32,000 bases of DNA from Erysipelothrix inopinata (GCF_014396165.1 NZ_CP060715.1:1680001-1712000), one strand, 5' to 3'; positions 1 to 9,292 are shown, numbered from the stretch's first letter. Translations and numbers: made by a program. Notes: a model not told the origin generated them from the letters alone.

Positions 1-571
1 TTGCGAAATCAATCTCATCAGGGTTGATATCACTATTCATGATGGCATCCCGTTCTTTTTCTAATTTTAAGTATTGACGATATTCGTCACGGTAATCTTG
101 ATGTAATGAACCATTGCCTGCGTACCGATCTAGTAAGAGTCCGTGGTTCTTCGCATCCAATAAATATTGAGTTTCGTGCTGTGAATGAATATCTAAGATA
201 CCTTCTAAGACATCTTTTACTACAGATAAATTCACAAGTCTTTGATTTATGCGGCACACACTGCGCCCTTCTTGACTCATTTCTCGTGAGACAATCATGA
301 CATGATCTTCTTCGTATAAGCCGTATTCATGAAGCTTATCATGAATGGGATCATTATCACTCATAATAAAGATTGCTTCTACACGTGCAAAAGTGTCGTG
401 GTTTCCCACGACATGAGCGCCACTACGTTGCCCTGATATAAAATTCAGAGCATCAACGAGAAGTGATTTCCCTGCGCCCGTTTCACCAGTGAAAACATTA
501 AACTGATTAGAGAGTTCGACATCAATATTTTGAATTAATACATAATTATGTACACTGAGTTGACTTAACAT
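1..571 (-). CDS. recN: DNA repair protein RecN, N-terminal part (gene continues beyond window start)
   Basis: Reverse translation from the ATG at 571..569 gives MLSQLSVHNYVLIQNIDVELSNQFNVFTGETGAGKSLLVDAL, the typical RecN N-terminus with Walker A GETGAGKS. The frame stays open to position 1. It sits downstream of dxs as in Bacillus. Confidence 0.85.
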   Translation of the reverse strand, partial: MLSQLSVHNYVLIQNIDVELSNQFNVFTGETGAGKSLLVDALNFISGQRSGAHVVGNHDTFARVEAIFIMSDNDPIHDKLHEYGLYEEDHVMIVSREMSQEGRSVCRINQRLVNLSVVKDVLEGILDIHSQHETQYLLDAKNHGLLLDRYAGNGSLHQDYRDEYRQYLKLEKERDAIMNSDINPDEIDFA

Positions 572-587
572 AGCGGTATCCTTTCTT

Positions 588-2357
588 TTAGTTCAAAGTG
601 AAGAGTTTTAATGCATCATCAACATGAAGATGATTGCGTGTTTTGATATCCTTTGAGGATGCATTGAGATCGACATTGCTTAAATCAATTAACTTAAGAT
701 TGAGAAATTGGTGGGTTGCTGCACAATATTCTTGAATATTATGATACAACGCATTATTTGTCGACTCAGTATTATATACGACGACAAGTTTATTAAGTCT
801 GATAAGGGCTTCGATCACTACATCATCGACATGATTCATATCAATAGCATTATATAATGCTATATTTAACTCATTATTAGAAATTCGTGATTTGAATTGT
901 TGAACAGAATTGCCAAATGTTATTACAACACCATTTGAGTCATCATTTAATGGAAGTGCAAAGTATCCTTCTAATAAATTATCAGGTGCTGTTTCTACTA
1001 CAAGTTTTTCGTATCCGGAACTGTAGTTTAAAACATTGATTCCAGGTTCATTCAATAATAGTTGAAGCAATTGGTAATTTTCACCAATTGAGGAACCCGT
1101 GTACATATTAATATTATCAAAATAATTAGGGTTCATAATCCCTTGTTTATAATACTCTCCTTGTGGCGAAAGTCCTGAATCAGAAATCAAAATTGTAATG
1201 GGGAGTTTGTTTAAAACAAACTGATTTACAAGTTGCGGATAACTTTCTAAGAATCGGTATGATTTCATCATCAAAACGACCTGTTTTCCAGATTCTACCA
1301 TACCTGCTGCTATTGTAACTAAGGATTGTGTAGATCCTGATGTACTCAGATAACTCTGTGTATTTTGCAATGCAAAATCAATAAAGTGATCCTGAATTGA
1401 AATGGTATCTGCTAATACGAAGAGATTATCGCGTACTTTAGCTTCAGCTGATAGCAATTCATCAAATGCTTCTTGAGTCGTGGTGTAGTTTTCAGGACGT
1501 GTCATATCCGTTTTGAAAGCTGGGAACTCTAGTTTTCTTTCACTTCGGTGTTTGAGTCGTGTCTGGACGTGAATAATATTGGGTCCACTGAACTTTGTTG
1601 ATAATTCAAACACTTTGATAAGCTCATTCATATTTTGTCCATTAATTGGCCCATGATAGTTAATTCCGAATTGGGTAAAAATTGTAGGTTCAAGGACTGT
1701 TTCTTTAACAGCATCTCGAATCTTTGTAAGTGTCGTAAGTAACGGTCTTGAAAAGGCATTGGAATCTAAAATGGCTTTCATATCTTTTTTTAATCCAGTA
1801 TAGGTTTTACTAATACGGATTGATTTAACCAAAGAATCTACAGACGAGTAATGACGTAGTAAAGATTGTTGTTCATCAATCAAGATGATTGTAAGATCTG
1901 GTTGCAAACGACCAATTTGCATTAATGTTTCATATGTTAAGCCATAATTGAGTGCATTATCATCCATCATAATAACAGTTCTACCATTATCATTAAGTGC
2001 ATAACCCAGTGCAACACCTAGACCCTCTCCAATGTCTCCTCCTTTATATGCATCATAAGGATTAGTCGGATCAAGATAGATAGGAGTATTGGTTCTTAAT
2101 TCAAGTTCTGAAGCTCTACCAGTCAAGATTTTATGAACAAGAACTTGAGTACCACCATCAAAAATTAAATGATCTCTTTGAAAATCGTAAACATGATGAA
2201 GTGCTACTGTAGTTTCAAGAACATTTAAATTTTTAATAATTGTTTCAATATCAAAACGAGATTTCGAAGCTAAAAAACTAGCGATTTCATCACTAATTTT
2301 ATTCATTTCTTTAACTGAAAGTTCTTTTAAGTCGATTGGATTTTCGAATTGATTCAA
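588..2357 (-). CDS. 1-deoxy-D-xylulose-5-phosphate synthase (Dxs) homologue with degenerate cofactor and catalytic motifs
   Basis: 589 aa with a TTG start 8 nt after AGGAGG. It is collinear with Dxs (LETTVALHHVY, HKILTGR, GINYHGPINGQN, IIHVQT). The canonical GGH, DVGHQ, GDG...NDN, AEQH and DG.THQG blocks are all substituted. It occupies the dxs slot between ispA and recN. Confidence 0.75.
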   Translation of the reverse strand: MNQFENPIDLKELSVKEMNKISDEIASFLASKSRFDIETIIKNLNVLETTVALHHVYDFQRDHLIFDGGTQVLVHKILTGRASELELRTNTPIYLDPTNPYDAYKGGDIGEGLGVALGYALNDNGRTVIMMDDNALNYGLTYETLMQIGRLQPDLTIILIDEQQSLLRHYSSVDSLVKSIRISKTYTGLKKDMKAILDSNAFSRPLLTTLTKIRDAVKETVLEPTIFTQFGINYHGPINGQNMNELIKVFELSTKFSGPNIIHVQTRLKHRSERKLEFPAFKTDMTRPENYTTTQEAFDELLSAEAKVRDNLFVLADTISIQDHFIDFALQNTQSYLSTSGSTQSLVTIAAGMVESGKQVVLMMKSYRFLESYPQLVNQFVLNKLPITILISDSGLSPQGEYYKQGIMNPNYFDNINMYTGSSIGENYQLLQLLLNEPGINVLNYSSGYEKLVVETAPDNLLEGYFALPLNDDSNGVVITFGNSVQQFKSRISNNELNIALYNAIDMNHVDDVVIEALIRLNKLVVVYNTESTNNALYHNIQEYCAATHQFLNLKLIDLSNVDLNASSKDIKTRNHLHVDDALKLFTLN

Positions 2358-2369
2358 GATAACCGCCTC

Positions 2370-3206
2370 CTATAAATTACGGATCATCATTTCTTCAATG
2401 AGGTCTTTTAAATAAGAATCTTTTAACTCAAGTTTTAAAAGTAACGATTCAATGTCGTTAAAATATGATTGTGTAAGTTCTTGAGCTGCCTCAAGTCCTA
2501 ATAAACTCACAATGGTAACCTTTTCTCGGTCAGCATCACTTTGGACACTTTTTCCAATTTCTTCACTTGTTTTCGTTACTTCAAGGAGATCATCCTGGAA
2601 TTGGAAACAAACTCCCAATTTAAAACCTAAATCATGAGCGTCTGTTTGTTTTTCAGGTTGACCCGCAATGACCGTCGCCATTTCGAGCGCTGAGGCAAAG
2701 AGACATCCTGTCTTTAACTCATAGCAAGCTATTAACGCATCCAGATTGTGTATCTCGTTTTTAATATCATATTCTTGACCTAATATCATGCCTAATGAAC
2801 CAGCATTACGAGCAAGAATTTCCATACAAGATGCTTTGATATTTGAGTTTAAATCAGATTGTGCAAGGGTCGTAAAGGCAGCAGTAAGCAAACCGTCACC
2901 ACCTAGTATCGCCATTGCTTCACCGAATACATTATGATTTGTTGGTTTGTGACGTCTCATGTCATCATCATCCATCGCAGGAAGATCGTCATGTACTAAT
3001 GAATAAGTATGAATCATCTCGAGCGCACACCCAGGATAAAGTCCTTGATTCATATCGCCACCGAGATCGTTCAATAACGATAATAGAAGTCTGGGACGAA
3101 TACGTTTACCACCACTCATTAGTGAGTATGTCATTGAATCTTTAACAGTCGATTCAGGATAAATCTCTAAAGTTTTCAGTAAATTTGTTTCAATTAAGTT
3201 AATCAT
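2370..3206 (-). CDS. ispA: Farnesyl/geranyl diphosphate synthase (polyprenyl synthetase family)
   Basis: Both aspartate-rich motifs are present (LVHDDLPAMDDDDMRR and FQFQDDLLE). The likely start is the ATG at 3206 (MINLIETN), 5 nt after GGGGAG. That ATG overlaps the xseB stop, so the longer ORF start at 3233 is unlikely. Confidence 0.85.
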   Translation of the reverse strand: MINLIETNLLKTLEIYPESTVKDSMTYSLMSGGKRIRPRLLLSLLNDLGGDMNQGLYPGCALEMIHTYSLVHDDLPAMDDDDMRRHKPTNHNVFGEAMAILGGDGLLTAAFTTLAQSDLNSNIKASCMEILARNAGSLGMILGQEYDIKNEIHNLDALIACYELKTGCLFASALEMATVIAGQPEKQTDAHDLGFKLGVCFQFQDDLLEVTKTSEEIGKSVQSDADREKVTIVSLLGLEAAQELTQSYFNDIESLLLKLELKDSYLKDLIEEMMIRNL

Positions 3207-3408
3207 TTTTCTCCCCTTGATTTTTTTGAACAAGTTCTTTGACTGTTTCCCCGTATTCAGAAAGTTTCTCTTGGCAAATCTTCGATAATTCTAAACCTTC
3301 TTCAAAAAGTTTTATCGCATCATCAAGAGGCAAACTGTCTTTTTCAAGTTCATCAGCAATTGTTGTAAGACGAGCCATTGCTTCTTCAAAATTAAATTTA
3401 TTTTCCAT
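3199..3408 (-). CDS. xseB: Exodeoxyribonuclease VII small subunit
   Basis: A 69-aa protein beginning MENKFNFEEAMARLTTIADELE...LDDAIKLFEEG, which is XseB-like. Its ATG at 3408 overlaps the end of xseA, and the order xseA-xseB-ispA is conserved. Confidence 0.85.
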   Translation of the reverse strand: MENKFNFEEAMARLTTIADELEKDSLPLDDAIKLFEEGLELSKICQEKLSEYGETVKELVQKNQGEKND

Positions 3409-4876
3409 TTTTATAATCCTTTCGAATGACACGTGACGTGAGAATACCATCTTCAAATTCAAGTGTCAATTCATCATCGATTGAGACCTGATGAGCACTT
3501 GTGATCAGTGTGTCGTTTGATTTTGTTAGAGCATATCCTCGAGCCATTATAGCCAGTGGATTACGACTGCTCATTACCTTAAGTATATCGGTAAAACGGC
3601 TTTGTTTCAAGTTGAGAACCCTTCTCATTTGTGTGATGTTATGGGCATCTAATTGAGATATTTGTTTTTGGTTCAAGACAATTTTTTGGTCCAGTTGAGC
3701 CGTGATTCTTGAGAGTCTTGTATCTAAAATTTGATACTTATTTTTTTGATGGGTTAATTGTTGATTTAGGTAGAAGCCAAAGTCTCTTTCATGAGATACG
3801 AGCATTTGTTCTCGGCGCATAATTTTGGTATTCATAAGGTTAGTTAAATTTAATTGTGTTTCATTTAATTCCCTTTTCAAGCTATCAAAAATACGAATTT
3901 GATGAGTTATTCGACCTTGTAACATATCAAGTTGATATTGCTTGAGTTCAACAAATTTAACGGGGTCAGCGAGTTTACTTGATCCGATAATGTGTTTGAG
4001 ATTTTGAGATTGTTTAAGATATTTATTACGCACCGCAATGTAGTAACGATTTTTGTAATCACGGAAAACTTGTTCGAGTTCTTTAGCATTGGGAGTTGCA
4101 TATACGGCAGCTGCAGTCGGTGTCGCTGCACGATAGTCGGAGACGTAGTCGCTAATTGTTTCATCCGATTCATGACCAATCCCAGTCACGATAGGAATCG
4201 TACAATTATAGACAGCTTCAATAACCTCAAGTTCATTGAAAGCCCATAAATCCTCGATCGAACCTCCCCCACGTCCTAGTAGAATGGTGTCTACTCCAAG
4301 GTTTTGTGCTTTTTCAATTTGAGTCACAATACTCTTAACTGCAAACTCTCCCTGTACGTATGCTAATAAATCAATTTGTTCAGCAAGTGGCCATCTTTCT
4401 TTTAAGGTTCTGCTGATATCTGCATACGCTGCAGAGTTCTCTCCAACAATGACTGCAATGCGTTCTGGAAATTTAGGAATTGGTTTCTTATGAGCAGCAT
4501 CAAAATATCCTTTTTGAGCAAGTTCTTTCTTGAGGGCATCATATCGTATATAAAGATCACCCAGTCCATCCAAATTCATACGTGATGCGTAAATCTGAAC
4601 ACTACCATTAGCCTCGAACACTTCACATGCGCCACTAATAATTACTTTATCGCCATCTTTCGGCTTAAAAAGAACAGACTGTGCTTTACTTCGAAACATG
4701 ACACAGTTAATCCGACTTTTATCGTCCTTTAAACTAAAATAAAAATGTCCACTATGATGAGCTTTAAAGTTTGAAAGCTCACCGATCAGTGTGACATTAT
4801 TAAAAGAAGGATGATTTTGTATCACATGTTTCAAATCACGTACGAATTCCGATACGGTTTGAGCATCCTTTATCAT
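3398..4876 (-). CDS. xseA: Exodeoxyribonuclease VII large subunit
   Basis: 492 aa with an N-terminal OB fold (GELSNFKAHHSGHFYFSLKD), a catalytic core (RGGGSIEDLWAFN, GIGHESD) and a C-terminal coiled coil. It shows ATGA overlap with nusB. Confidence 0.9.
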   Translation of the reverse strand: MIKDAQTVSEFVRDLKHVIQNHPSFNNVTLIGELSNFKAHHSGHFYFSLKDDKSRINCVMFRSKAQSVLFKPKDGDKVIISGACEVFEANGSVQIYASRMNLDGLGDLYIRYDALKKELAQKGYFDAAHKKPIPKFPERIAVIVGENSAAYADISRTLKERWPLAEQIDLLAYVQGEFAVKSIVTQIEKAQNLGVDTILLGRGGGSIEDLWAFNELEVIEAVYNCTIPIVTGIGHESDETISDYVSDYRAATPTAAAVYATPNAKELEQVFRDYKNRYYIAVRNKYLKQSQNLKHIIGSSKLADPVKFVELKQYQLDMLQGRITHQIRIFDSLKRELNETQLNLTNLMNTKIMRREQMLVSHERDFGFYLNQQLTHQKNKYQILDTRLSRITAQLDQKIVLNQKQISQLDAHNITQMRRVLNLKQSRFTDILKVMSSRNPLAIMARGYALTKSNDTLITSAHQVSIDDELTLEFEDGILTSRVIRKDYKNGK

Positions 4877-5355
4877 AGAGCGTCTAAGACTCCATTAATA
4901 TATTTATATGAATCGGCGTCGCCATACTCTTTAGCAAGGCGTACTGCTTCATTGACAATAACTTCCTTAGGTTGGTATGCCAATTCAAGCTCAGCACATG
5001 CTAAAAGTAATACAGATTGTTCGATAAATCCAAGACGATCAAAGCGCCAATTTTTAAGATAATGCTGAATCGCACGACCATAAATTTCTTTACGTGATTC
5101 AACACGACTCACAATTTCATGCATTTCAGCACCTAATTTAAAACGAGGTAAAAATGTTTCAATTTTGAATTCTACTTCGTCTTCATCTTGTAAATCCAAA
5201 TATGAATCTACAGGATTGTTGTCTTCTTCAGACATAACATAACCAATTGAAGTCACAAACTTATTATCAGCGAGTATTTCTTCAACTGACATTTCACGCA
5301 TTAAGTGAATATAGATTACTGACATTGCATTTTGGCGTTCGATAACACGCGACAT
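4873..5355 (-). CDS. nusB: Transcription antitermination factor NusB (with an internal acidic insertion)
   Basis: 160 aa with NusB-like N-terminal (RQNAMSVIY) and C-terminal (LLLACAELE...VIVNEAVRLAKEYGDADSYKYINGVL) regions. It sits between asp23 and xseA as in Bacillus. Confidence 0.8.
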   Translation of the reverse strand: MSRVIERQNAMSVIYIHLMREMSVEEILADNKFVTSIGYVMSEEDNNPVDSYLDLQDEDEVEFKIETFLPRFKLGAEMHEIVSRVESRKEIYGRAIQHYLKNWRFDRLGFIEQSVLLLACAELELAYQPKEVIVNEAVRLAKEYGDADSYKYINGVLDAL

Positions 5356-5393
5356 AACTAACCCTCCACAGTAAAAGAAGCAGATATCTGCTT

Positions 5394-5723
5394 CTAGTTA
5401 AACTTAAATCCTACAACACTGATGTTGATATCAACATCATCAAAATCAACCATTGTAGCAATGCTACGATGTAGTTCATCTTGTAATCCACGGCAGACTC
5501 TTTCAACGTCTCGACCATATTGCACTCTTACTTTTAAGTCAACTTTAGCATGACCATTTTCACTTGTAACTGACAACGACTTTTTGCCGGTTCCGTCTTC
5601 AAAGAAAACATACTTACTTTCGTTAACTGTAATCGCAGCAATGTGATTGATTACATTAATTGAAACTGCAATTTGTCCCAATCCTTCTGATTGAGGTTGA
5701 ATTAATACATATTCATTTGCCAT
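5394..5723 (-). CDS. Asp23/Gls24 family envelope stress (alkaline shock) protein
   Basis: The sequence MANEYVLIQPQSEGLGQIAVSINVINHIAAITVNE...VDINISVVGFKF is typical of Asp23-family proteins such as YqhY. The ATG at 5723 lies 7 nt after AGGTGA and is preferred over the GTG at 5732. Confidence 0.8.
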   Translation of the reverse strand: MANEYVLIQPQSEGLGQIAVSINVINHIAAITVNESKYVFFEDGTGKKSLSVTSENGHAKVDLKVRVQYGRDVERVCRGLQDELHRSIATMVDFDDVDINISVVGFKFN

Positions 5724-5931
5724 ATTTATCACCTACTAAAGTCATTATAACAGAAATATATTAGAAACTAAAGAAGTTTCCTAAGAAGCCTTAGGCTAAA
5801 TAACCAGGAAATCTATTTTCAGAATTACTTAAAGAAAAATATATGTAATTCTTTAAGTAATCTCAGACGAATGTTATTAAGTTATATAGTCTCAAGTTAA
5901 ACTAGTTTGACTGAATCAGAATGTGTTATTT

Positions 5932-6324
5932 TCAATAAACTTTGAGACGATTTGCCAAAGTACCTGTATGGAGCTCAAATAAGTGATTATCATAATCATA
6001 AAAATACAAAGATGAAGCCTCTCCATCAATTCTTGGTCGTCCTGTTTTGATTTCTAGTCCCAAATCTGTAATCCGCTGGTAATATATATTAAAACTGTCT
6101 TCGTCAATCTTGAAAGCTGTATGATTGTATGATCTTTCTACAGATTCGCCTTGCATCGCACAAATCCAGATATCCCCAATCAAGAAAAACTTTTCTTCAG
6201 ATATGGAAAAGTATTTACCATCTGAAGAGTAAACTTCTTTAGCGCCAAAAACACCCTCAAAAAATGCTTTTGCTTTATCTAGATCTTTTACTATAAAAGT
6301 TAAATGACTTATTCCTTCAATCAT
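5932..6324 (-). CDS. fosX: Fosfomycin resistance protein, FosX/FosB-type VOC metalloenzyme
   Basis: 130 aa. The blocks MIEGISHLTFIVKDL, YSSDGKYFSISEEKFFLIGDIWICAMQG, YNHTAFKI, RPRIDGEASSLYFYDYDNHLFELHTGTLANRLKVY match, from memory, the Listeria FosX pattern. This includes the metal ligands (H7, H of YNH, E of FELH) and the acidic residue in SEEKFF. Confidence 0.7.
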   Translation of the reverse strand: MIEGISHLTFIVKDLDKAKAFFEGVFGAKEVYSSDGKYFSISEEKFFLIGDIWICAMQGESVERSYNHTAFKIDEDSFNIYYQRITDLGLEIKTGRPRIDGEASSLYFYDYDNHLFELHTGTLANRLKVY

Positions 6325-6498
6325 ATGTATTTCGACTCCTTAAGTTATTTAATGTTTCTCCCCTTACCGTTATTTTTTTAAAAAAATGACAGTATCATCT
6401 CAATTCCCACGCTTAGGTAATTTCTAATTCAACTCAAAGAAAATAGAAACCGGTACGTTCTCACTGTATCAAGTAGAGGTTTAGGAAATAAAAACCCC

Positions 6499-7032
6499 CT
6501 AAACATTCCCTTCTTGAATTGCAAATGTTTGAAGCGAAATCTCCGTTCTATTGCAGTATGCTTCAAGCGATTCATGATCAATTCGAACCAACAAATTGAA
6601 TGGGTCTGTTTTGGGAATTCTCTTAAATACGGGTGTTTTCTTAAATTCACGGACAACACCTTCAATGACCTCAAGATATCCATCAGGGTCATTTGCATAG
6701 TAATGGCTATACAACTCCGACTCTACCGGCTCAATACTTCCAATACCTTGATAATTCCAGTTCAAAGTATCGAAGCGCATATTCATTTTCCACAGGTCGC
6801 AATCACAGTTAGCTTTTGGGTCATTGACTTCGAAATATCGCAACTTTCTATAAAAATCAAAATCAGTGTTCATTGATAAATCAATTTCCCCTGTCTCTGT
6901 ATTAACATCTAATGCAAACGCATAAAAACGCAAAGACTGGTGATCTTCAAGGAATAATGCAACGACTTCTTTGGTATAATCTAATAAATTATTTCGTATA
7001 TTTGTATTTACTGTTCGTTTACTAACTACCAT
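6499..7032 (-). CDS. Hypothetical cytoplasmic protein
   Basis: A clean 177-181 aa ORF with no signal peptide or TM segment. The ATG at 7032 lies 5 nt after GGAGG and is preferred over the ATG at 7044. It vaguely resembles DUF4303-type proteins (FYAFALDVNTETGEIDL), but I cannot verify this. Confidence 0.5.
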   Translation of the reverse strand: MVVSKRTVNTNIRNNLLDYTKEVVALFLEDHQSLRFYAFALDVNTETGEIDLSMNTDFDFYRKLRYFEVNDPKANCDCDLWKMNMRFDTLNWNYQGIGSIEPVESELYSHYYANDPDGYLEVIEGVVREFKKTPVFKRIPKTDPFNLLVRIDHESLEAYCNRTEISLQTFAIQEGNV

Positions 7033-7065
7033 ATCGTCCTCCATAACCTCATTTTACCATATTCT

Positions 7066-8364
7066 TTAATAAGAATAGTCTTCAAAACGATTACGAAGTC
7101 CTTTTGGATAGCGATTGTTTCCACGTTTCCCATCCCCTTTTACAAACCCTAGTGAAAGTCCGTTATAGGTTACACAATGTATTCCTTTAATGGGTGTGTT
7201 AATTGGATGACCGTACAGATAGCGATAAGCATCTTCAAGGGAAAGTTCAATACTCTCAAAATCATTTTTAAAGGAAACAGATTGAGAAAGTGCATGATCG
7301 TAATCAAAGTGCTTTTTCTTCATAACACCCATAAGGACACCGTCACGTTTGATATTTAAAGAGGATTTAAATGCACCTCTATTTTTGAGTCCATAAACAA
7401 CATCCCCTTTAGAAATAAAATGGCCTTCAATTTTACGATCAAAAAAGTCGAACGATGATTCTTTGAATGGCTTAAATGTTAATTCGTTTTCTGACTCATG
7501 CTTATGAATCTTAAGTGCTGCGATAAAATGACCTTCCGCATCAGCAGATGGGAAATATCGTGTAACACTCTTTCCAAAACCTTCATACCCTTCACGACCT
7601 TCAGGTAAATTGAGAGGAATTAGAGAACACTCAGGATGACTCTCTAAGAAGTGTTTAATCACACCTTCGTTTTCATGAAGGTTTAGCGTACAGGTTGAAT
7701 AAACGAGTGTTCCACCATCCTTAACGCACTGATAGGCATCCTCCAGTAATTCTTTTTGCAGTTTTGCAAATCCCATTGCATTTTGAGGCTGATACTCAAG
7801 TGCGAATTCGGGATCACGACGGAAAAGGCCTTCCCCACTACACGGAGCATCAAGAAGCACTTTATCGAAGGAATTGGGTAATGCTTTTGCAATTTGTTCA
7901 GTACTATTTTGAACCACCACCACATTTTCATGGCCCCAACGGTCAAAATTATGACAAAGCTTTTGATTCCGTTTGCTATCCACTTCATTTGCAACTAAAA
8001 AACCTTCAGATATTTTAGTTAAAATATACGTAGATTTACCACCTGGTGCAGCACACAAATCAAGCACTCGATCAGTTGGCTGTAAATTCAAAGCTACAAC
8101 TGGCATTGAGGCAGATGGGTCTTGAATATAATACCCTCCTGCATGATGAAAAGGATGTGTTACCAACCGACTGTATTGATTCGGAAGGTACACATCACTA
8201 TTTAATGGCGATGGTATGTCGTTTTCAAAGGGGTTAACCATTTTTAAAGAATTCATACGATAACCATGTACAGATTCTAAATTATATGCTTCTTCAATTT
8301 GGTGTGATAAATCGGCACCAAATGTAGATTCGAGCATACTCTTATATTGCGGATTCAATTTCAT
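7066..8364 (-). CDS. NOL1/NOP2/Sun-family rRNA (cytosine-C5) methyltransferase, RsmF/RsmB-like, with a C-terminal PUA-like extension
   Basis: The SAM-binding motif DLCAAPGGKSTYI is present, as are the catalytic-cysteine motifs LLDAPCSGEGLFRRDPE and LVYSTCTLNLHENEGV. Length is 432 aa. Confidence 0.8.
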   Translation of the reverse strand: MKLNPQYKSMLESTFGADLSHQIEEAYNLESVHGYRMNSLKMVNPFENDIPSPLNSDVYLPNQYSRLVTHPFHHAGGYYIQDPSASMPVVALNLQPTDRVLDLCAAPGGKSTYILTKISEGFLVANEVDSKRNQKLCHNFDRWGHENVVVVQNSTEQIAKALPNSFDKVLLDAPCSGEGLFRRDPEFALEYQPQNAMGFAKLQKELLEDAYQCVKDGGTLVYSTCTLNLHENEGVIKHFLESHPECSLIPLNLPEGREGYEGFGKSVTRYFPSADAEGHFIAALKIHKHESENELTFKPFKESSFDFFDRKIEGHFISKGDVVYGLKNRGAFKSSLNIKRDGVLMGVMKKKHFDYDHALSQSVSFKNDFESIELSLEDAYRYLYGHPINTPIKGIHCVTYNGLSLGFVKGDGKRGNNRYPKGLRNRFEDYSY

Positions 8365-9292
8365 CGAATAATTTCACAGCCTTTTCTTTATCTTCGTTCA
8401 TTTGCACAATTAATGCATCGATTGAATCGAACTTGATTTGTTCACGAAGGCATGAAACAAATGTTTGGGATATCACTTCTCCATAAATATCTTCGTCAAA
8501 ATCAAGCAAATGAGATTCTACAGATAACTTAACAGAATGATTAAATGTTGGGTTATGACCAATGCTAATAAGTGAGCGGTATGTTTTACCTCGAACTGTT
8601 GCGTACCCTGCATAGACACCTTCTTGAGGTATCACGTATTCATCAGTGATTTCAATATTCGCAGTTGGAAATCCAATTTCACGCCCACGTTGATGGCCTT
8701 TCACAACGAAACCAGATAGATGATACTCACGTCCAAGCATGTCATTCGCTGATTCGATATCTCCTTTAAGTAAGGATTGAACAATAGCTGTAGTTCCAAT
8801 TTTTTTATTAACAGAGTAATCAATTTCCATGATATGTGTATCAAAATAATAACGAGCATGTTCTTGTAAGAACGCAACATTACCAGCACCACGGTATCCG
8901 AATCGGAAATCTTCACCACAAACGAGTACTCGTACATTCAGAGGTACTAAAATGGTTTCTACAAATTCAATGGGTTCAAGTTTGGAGATATCTTTCGTAA
9001 ACTCTATAATTATTAAATGATCAATGCCCATTGATTCAGCAAGTGCAATTTTATCGCGCATTGGCGTTAAATGGTTAACGTGTGATTTATTATTGACGAC
9101 TGTCCACGGATCTGGATCAAATGTAATAATTGCGGATTTGAGTCCACGTTCTTTTGCTACGTCCTTAACTTCATTAATAAGAAGTTGGTGACCCTTGTGA
9201 AGTCCATCAAAATAACCAATACATGCGACAAGTTCATCGCGTTTTTCTACAAGTTGTAAACGATCTTTAATACGTGTTTCTTTCATCACCAT
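8342..9292 (-). CDS. ribF: Bifunctional riboflavin kinase / FMN adenylyltransferase
   Basis: The N-terminal adenylyltransferase motif GYFDGLHKGHQ and the C-terminal riboflavin kinase motifs (GFPTANI, SIGHNPTF, ESHLLDF) are present. It lies directly downstream of truB as in the conserved operon. Confidence 0.9.
   Translation of the reverse strand: MVMKETRIKDRLQLVEKRDELVACIGYFDGLHKGHQLLINEVKDVAKERGLKSAIITFDPDPWTVVNNKSHVNHLTPMRDKIALAESMGIDHLIIIEFTKDISKLEPIEFVETILVPLNVRVLVCGEDFRFGYRGAGNVAFLQEHARYYFDTHIMEIDYSVNKKIGTTAIVQSLLKGDIESANDMLGREYHLSGFVVKGHQRGREIGFPTANIEITDEYVIPQEGVYAGYATVRGKTYRSLISIGHNPTFNHSVKLSVESHLLDFDEDIYGEVISQTFVSCLREQIKFDSIDALIVQMNEDKEKAVKLFDEIESAI

Noticed and set aside
106-300. 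A 64-aa plus-strand ORF at the window start.
   Set aside because: It is entirely antisense to a well-supported recN reading frame (Walker A, typical N-terminus) and has no RBS.
3409-3462. Longer starts for xseB (3462) and similarly for ispA (3233).
   Set aside because: The extra residues lie inside the upstream genes and lack an SD. The internal ATGs at 3408 and 3206 give family-typical N-termini, with an SD or coupling overlap.
6373-6386. T7A7 tract upstream of fosX, considered as a promoter or structured element.
   Set aside because: No convincing -10 hexamer with the invariant final T could be placed at a proper distance from the TTGAGA at 6398-6403. It is probably just AT-rich spacer or bent DNA.
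6429-6876. ORFs 6429..6698 (-) and 6514..6876 (+) overlapping the 6499..7032 gene.
   Set aside because: They are alternative or antisense frames of a longer ORF that has a strong GGAGG-ATG start. Their basic, low-complexity sequences look non-coding.
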